Shown: in pieces, positions 59,295-64,000 of the stretch | How the letters are laid out: every line of letters starts with the position of its first letter | How positions within the stretch are numbered: the stretch's first letter is position 1 | Source: Vulcanimicrobiota bacterium | GTDB taxonomy: Bacteria; Vulcanimicrobiota; Vulcanimicrobiia; Vulcanimicrobiales; Vulcanimicrobiaceae | Reading direction: 5' to 3' | NCBI GenBank assembly: GCA_963812155.1 | Contig: CAWETW010000003.1 | Span: 1,056,001 to 1,120,000 of the forward strand | DNA length: 64,000 nucleotides | Made by a program: the position numbers and the translations under genes | Notes under the pieces: generated by a model | The model's input: the letters and a program-made list of their open reading frames with translations, nothing else | Databases searched by the model: none | What the model was told of the DNA's origin: nothing

Positions 59295-61480
59295 TCGCCT
59301 CGATGCCACAAGGGCTCGCACATTTCGCCGGCGCGGCGACCACAATCGCAATCAACGCCCTTTGGGAAGGCGCGCTGCTCGTCGTCTGCATTTGGCTGCT
59401 GCTGCGGGCGTGGCCGCGAATCAATGCGGCTACGCGTTACATCGTGTGGAGCGCAACGCTCGTCGCAACGGTGGTCGTACCGATCGCGACAACGCTTCCG
59501 TTCCTCACGCCGTCGTCGCCGACGGCGGTGACCGAGGCGGCGGTGAGGGTGCCCATTCCCATGGTGACGCACGCCCTCACCGCCGTACCGTCCCACACCA
59601 CACACTACGCCCGCGCCTCCGGCTCGGCCGCTGCCAGTCGCTCCGGCGAGGTGGCGTCAGGCGCGTATGCCGTTCCGCGTCTACCGGAGCGTTTCCGCAT
59701 GACGCTGCCGCTTCCCGTAGTACTCGCGGTTTTGGCCATCTGGACCGGGCTCGCGCTCTTCGCGTTCCTGCGGCTGGCAATCGGCCTCTACCGGCTCGAG
59801 CAGCTCAAGCGCGACGCGCTTCCGCTGCCGATCGAGTATCGCGATGCGATGGCGCGCTGGACGTCGGCGGGCAAGGGGGGCCGCGACGTCCGGCTCTGCG
59901 TCAGCGACGAAATTGACGTTCCGGTGGCGGTCGGACTCTTCGATGCGATGATTTTGATCCCGCGCTCGCTGCTGGAACGTCTTTCCGAAAGCGAAGTCGA
60001 CCAAATCAGCCTGCACGAACTCGCGCATCTGCGGCGCGCCGACGACTGGACGAACGGCTTGCAGCGCATCGTGACCGCGCTGTTCGGCTGGAGTCCGGCA
60101 GTGCTGTTCGTCGGGCAGCAGCTCGATCTCGAACGCGAAGTCGCGTGCGACGATTGGGTGCTTGCGTCGACCGGATTGGTGCGCCCGTATGCGACGTGCC
60201 TAGCGAAGATGGCGGAGACGTCGGCGTGGCCGTATCGTCCGATGGCGGCGCCCGGAGTGTTCGCGACGCGCAAACACATCTCGCTGCGTATCGAACGATT
60301 GCTGGGAGCCGGGCGCAATGCGGCGACGAGCCTCTCGCTCGGCCCGGCGGCGGTTACCGTCGCGGTGGTCGGCGCGCTGGCGTTCGCGATGCAGTTGGTC
60401 GCGCCGTCGGTTGCGGCACCGCTGCAAGCCCAGCCGGCTGTCCGTCAGGTGACGGTGGTTGCGGTGCAGCGCGAACCTATTCCGGCTAAAACGGTGCACG
60501 CCGCGGTTCCCAAGCAAGGATCTCCGGCACAGGCCGTGACGCCCGCGCCCGTCGTGAAGACCGAAGTGAAGACCGAAACGAAGACCAAAGAGATCTACAA
60601 GTACATCCGCGTGCTCGCCGCCGTGTCGCCGGGGCCGCTGACGAGCGCACATCCCGCCGTGCACGTGCACATGCAGGGCATGAAGATGCAGATTCCTCCG
60701 ATCGACGTGCACGTACCGCGGCAGACGATCCTTATTCCGCCGGTGGACGTCGACGTGCCGGCGATCGAGCACGCCTTCGCCAGCGGCGCGTTTGCGATGC
60801 CGAGCAAGTTCGCATCGGCTTCGGCGCACGCCGCGATGGCAGTGGCCGCCCCGCATCCCTCGATACGGATCGCCGACAACGCGCCGGTGCACAACTGCAG
60901 CGGCTGTGACATGAGCGGCGTCAACTGGTCGGGCCGCGACATGCACGGCGTCAACTTCACCGGCAGCGACCTCAGCCGCGCCAACCTCTCGGGAACGAAC
61001 TTTAGCAACGGCACCTTCAACGGCGTCGATTTCACGGGCGCAAATCTGCGCGGCGCGAACTTCCGCGGCGCAAAGCTGACGGGGTGCGATTTCTCGCGGG
61101 CGGACTTGACCGGCGTCGACTTCACCGGCGCGACGCTAACCGGTTGCGACTTCACGCGGGCGCAACTGCCCTCTTCCGAAGCCCGTTCGATTCTCAATAC
61201 GTGCACGGGCTGCGATTTCGGCGGCGCAAACTTGAGCAACCTCGATCTCTCGCACGTGCGCGTGAACGGCGTCGATTTCACCCATGCCAATCTTACCAAC
61301 ACGAACTTCGCCGGCGCCAAGTTTACCGGAGTCAATTTCAGCGGAGCTCGTTTGGGAGGAGCGACTCTCAAAGGCGCCGTGTTCAGTGGCTGCGATATGA
61401 GCGGCGTCGACTTGAATCACGTCGATCTCTCTGACGTACAATTTATCGGAACCGATTTTCCCGGAAGCCCGAAGCCGTGA
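59291..61480 (+). CDS. M56 (BlaR1-like) metallopeptidase sensor with Pro-rich linker and C-terminal pentapeptide repeats
   Basis: N-terminal TMs, HELAHLRR.DDW, REVACDD, last TM, then CSGCD and CTGCD plus A(N/D)L-type pentapeptide repeats; ATGA overlap with the repressor. Confidence 0.9.
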   Translation: MIASMPQGLAHFAGAATTIAINALWEGALLVVCIWLLLRAWPRINAATRYIVWSATLVATVVVPIATTLPFLTPSSPTAVTEAAVRVPIPMVTHALTAVPSHTTHYARASGSAAASRSGEVASGAYAVPRLPERFRMTLPLPVVLAVLAIWTGLALFAFLRLAIGLYRLEQLKRDALPLPIEYRDAMARWTSAGKGGRDVRLCVSDEIDVPVAVGLFDAMILIPRSLLERLSESEVDQISLHELAHLRRADDWTNGLQRIVTALFGWSPAVLFVGQQLDLEREVACDDWVLASTGLVRPYATCLAKMAETSAWPYRPMAAPGVFATRKHISLRIERLLGAGRNAATSLSLGPAAVTVAVVGALAFAMQLVAPSVAAPLQAQPAVRQVTVVAVQREPIPAKTVHAAVPKQGSPAQAVTPAPVVKTEVKTETKTKEIYKYIRVLAAVSPGPLTSAHPAVHVHMQGMKMQIPPIDVHVPRQTILIPPVDVDVPAIEHAFASGAFAMPSKFASASAHAAMAVAAPHPSIRIADNAPVHNCSGCDMSGVNWSGRDMHGVNFTGSDLSRANLSGTNFSNGTFNGVDFTGANLRGANFRGAKLTGCDFSRADLTGVDFTGATLTGCDFTRAQLPSSEARSILNTCTGCDFGGANLSNLDLSHVRVNGVDFTHANLTNTNFAGAKFTGVNFSGARLGGATLKGAVFSGCDMSGVDLNHVDLSDVQFIGTDFPGSPKP

Positions 61481-61575
61481 TCGGCTAAGTTAAGCCCTGG
61501 TTTTGACCCTCGCGACGGCCTCGCAAGCGCAGGCCCTGGTTTCTCGCGCCCCGATCGCAACGGAAAAGGAGTGAA

Positions 61576-62328
61576 ATGCTGAAAACTATCATCGTTCTCG
61601 CCGCCGGGGTACTTCTCGGGCTGGCACCAGGCATGCCGAAATCGTGCGTCGGCTGCTCGTTTGCCGGACGCAATCTCGCCGGTGCCGATCTAGCCGGCGT
61701 CGCGTACGTGGGAACCGATTTCGGGCGTGCCGATTTGCGGAACGCGAATTTGCAGCGTGCGTCGCTCGCAGGCGCCGATTTCGCACGTGCCGATTTACGC
61801 GGCGCCGATTTTCGCGGCGCGCATCTGTCCGGCGTCGACTTTCGCGGCGCGCGGGTCGCAGGTGCCCGTTTCGACGGCGCCGAGATGGCGGGCGTTGATT
61901 TACGCGACACCTTCGGCGGTATCGGCGACGCCGACATCAGAAGCATGTTGAGCAACTGCGTCGGCTGCGACCTAAACGGCGCAACGCTGACCAATCGCGA
62001 CGTGCACGGCATCGCGATCGTCGGCAGCGATCTTCGCAACGCACGTGCCGCGGGCGCCTCTTTTAACGGGGCCGATCTGCAAGGCGTCGATTTTGCCGCC
62101 GCCGATTTGCAGCGCGCGAACTTTCGCGGTGCGAAACTCTGTACGCACGGCGGTAACAACGGCGACCGCATTCAGTGCGCGGATTTCCGCGACGCCAACG
62201 TTGCCGGCGCCGATTTTCGCGGAACGCTGCTGTGCACGGGACGCTCGCCGAACACCTGCACGCCGGTGGATGCCACGACGCTGCGCGCGCACGCGCGCTC
62301 GTCGCTAAGTGGAGCGACGTTGCCGTGA
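61576..62328 (+). CDS. Secreted pentapeptide repeat protein
   Basis: AAAGGAG RBS, signal peptide, CVGC twice, ADL/ANL/ADF repeats. Confidence 0.9.
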   Translation: MLKTIIVLAAGVLLGLAPGMPKSCVGCSFAGRNLAGADLAGVAYVGTDFGRADLRNANLQRASLAGADFARADLRGADFRGAHLSGVDFRGARVAGARFDGAEMAGVDLRDTFGGIGDADIRSMLSNCVGCDLNGATLTNRDVHGIAIVGSDLRNARAAGASFNGADLQGVDFAAADLQRANFRGAKLCTHGGNNGDRIQCADFRDANVAGADFRGTLLCTGRSPNTCTPVDATTLRAHARSSLSGATLP

Positions 62329-64000
62329 AGCGACTCGCCCCGGCGATCCTCGCGAGCCTCTTTGCGCTCACGCAGGCGCCGGCGGCAGCATTGAGCGGCT
62401 ATCCGCACATTGTCGTACCAAACTTCACGCCGCCGTTGAGTCCCTCGGGGGCACCGGCCGAGTGGCAAAAGGCTGCGTCGGTGAAGCTCGGGTGGAACGT
62501 GCCGGCAGAGCGGCCGGCGCACGAAGCGACGGCGGCGGCGATTTCGACCGACGGCACCGCGCTCTTCGTGCGCTTCGACGCGACGCAGCAAGAGCCGATT
62601 GCGGCCGCGCAGCACTCGAACAACGTTGGGCAGGGCAGCGACGACGCCGTCTGGATCGATCTGTGGCCCAACGGCAGCAGCGGATTTTTCTATCAGTTTC
62701 AAGCGACGCCCAACGGGACCCACTACCAGACGTCGTCGGAGAATACGAGTTACTCGCCGAGCTGGGAATCACTGGGGTCGGTGCACGACGGCGGCTATAC
62801 CGTGACGATGCGGATTCCCCTCGACATCATGCGCGGCATCGCCGCGTCGCATCCATGGAAAGTGCAGTTCGTGCGGTTCGTGCACGCGACCGGCGAGCAA
62901 GACGTGTGGTCGTACGACACGACGCAAAACAGTCCCGACGACGTCGGGCGCGCGGGGACGATGACGATGCCGCTGGTGAACGTGCGGCCGTCGCGGCCGA
63001 AGCCGCGCATCGCGACCTACGCGCTGGCCGAGGCGGCCTCGAAGACGATCGGCGGATCGACCAGCCGCGTGGGTGCGGATCTTTCGATTCCGATCACGCC
63101 GACGGCGGCGTTCGTCGCGACCTTCCATCCGGATTACTCCAACGTGGAACTCGATCAGCAGTCGATTTCCCCGACCGTGTTCGCGCGCTACCAGGCGGAA
63201 GTCCGCCCGTTCTTCACGCAGGGCGCGAATTTCTACGGACAGTTTAACTGCGACGCGTGCCCGAACATTCAGGAGTTGTACACGCCGGCGATTCCGACGC
63301 CGCGCGAAGGCTATGCCGTGGAAGGGAAGCAGGGGCCGTTCTCGTTTGCGACCTTCGATGCCCTGGGCGACGACGGCCGCAGCGACATCGCGAGCGCAGT
63401 CAACTATGCGTCGCCGGATCAGCGCTGGTATCTGACGACGCAGCGCGTTCAAGTGAATACCGTGGATTTCATCGACAGCGTGATCACGACCGGCATCGCC
63501 TACTCCGACCTCAAACACATCTCGGCGTACTTCAACTACGGCAGCGACTCCGGCACGAACGTGCTCGTGCCCGACCAGGCGCAGCGTTACGATTTCGGCG
63601 GCGGATGGGCGAACCCGACTTTCGGCTTCTTCGGATCGGTGCGCAAACTCGGCGAATACTACGACCCGGCCGACGGCTTCATCTCACACCCCGGCATCGC
63701 CGGCTACGCACTGTATTCGGCAAAAATCTGGACGTTCGCGCCGAACGACAAGCTGGATGCCGTCGGCGTCGCCGGGTTTGTGGACCGCTACCAGGGGCCG
63801 ACCCAAGGCCAAGCACAGAGCGACAACTCGCTGCTCCTCGACATACTTACCAAAAGCGCGCTCGACTTTCAGATTTTCTCCGGATCGGCCTACTGGCGCT
63901 TCAACGACTCGGTAACGGGGGTCGGCCCGCTGGAGCCGATCTCGCAGAACGCGGGCTTCGCGTTCACCTACCACAGCGGACTGCAGACAAATAATCCCGG
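62325..64000 (+). CDS. Exported CBM9-like sugar-binding + DUF5916-like (putative outer-membrane barrel) protein, runs off window
   Basis: Not in the ORF track (no stop in window). From GTG 62325 (GTGA overlap): MKRLAPAILASLFAL..., ALFVRFDA, DDAVWIDL, YTVTMRIPL, FHPDYSNVELDQQ, EVRPFFTQG. Confidence 0.78.
   Translation, partial: MKRLAPAILASLFALTQAPAAALSGYPHIVVPNFTPPLSPSGAPAEWQKAASVKLGWNVPAERPAHEATAAAISTDGTALFVRFDATQQEPIAAAQHSNNVGQGSDDAVWIDLWPNGSSGFFYQFQATPNGTHYQTSSENTSYSPSWESLGSVHDGGYTVTMRIPLDIMRGIAASHPWKVQFVRFVHATGEQDVWSYDTTQNSPDDVGRAGTMTMPLVNVRPSRPKPRIATYALAEAASKTIGGSTSRVGADLSIPITPTAAFVATFHPDYSNVELDQQSISPTVFARYQAEVRPFFTQGANFYGQFNCDACPNIQELYTPAIPTPREGYAVEGKQGPFSFATFDALGDDGRSDIASAVNYASPDQRWYLTTQRVQVNTVDFIDSVITTGIAYSDLKHISAYFNYGSDSGTNVLVPDQAQRYDFGGGWANPTFGFFGSVRKLGEYYDPADGFISHPGIAGYALYSAKIWTFAPNDKLDAVGVAGFVDRYQGPTQGQAQSDNSLLLDILTKSALDFQIFSGSAYWRFNDSVTGVGPLEPISQNAGFAFTYHSGLQTNNP

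Noticed and set aside
57704..62328. Antibiotic resistance cluster (vgb, blaI/blaR, qnr)
   Set aside because: The Vgb-like and pentapeptide proteins are exported, the M56 lacks a penicillin-binding domain, and there is no beta-lactamase; fold similarity only.

Overview
High-GC bacterial chromosomal window. The gene content (many lipoprotein beta-propellers, TIGR03803/GloVer-type repeat proteins, multiple phosphoesterase paralogues, an XRE-ATPase-TPR regulator) resembles Eremiobacterota/Vulcanimicrobiota; this is an inference, not a search result. The left half (1-38 kb) is accessory-like and dominated by secreted repeat proteins. It ends in a ~6.3 kb decayed island (31944-38273) bounded by a 19/20-nt direct repeat of the tRNA-Glu 3' end, carrying an integrase remnant and decayed beta-propeller genes. 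Next come tRNA-Glu(CTC), tRNA-Gln(CTG) and an HNH nuclease gene directly upstream of them. A core region follows: sugar nucleotidyltransferases, GT4, pcrA, dapB-asd-dapG-dapA and a WecB/TagA glycosyltransferase. The right end holds the two most intriguing uncharacterised loci: an RcnA-like/DUF4331 x2/TPR/NiCoT operon, and a BlaI + M56-pentapeptide-repeat sensor + secreted pentapeptide protein + CBM9/DUF5916-like cluster with a clear promoter and twin operators. Several normally essential genes are broken by single-base indels, most likely long-read assembly errors, so pseudogene calls need caution. No CRISPR array or rRNA was seen.
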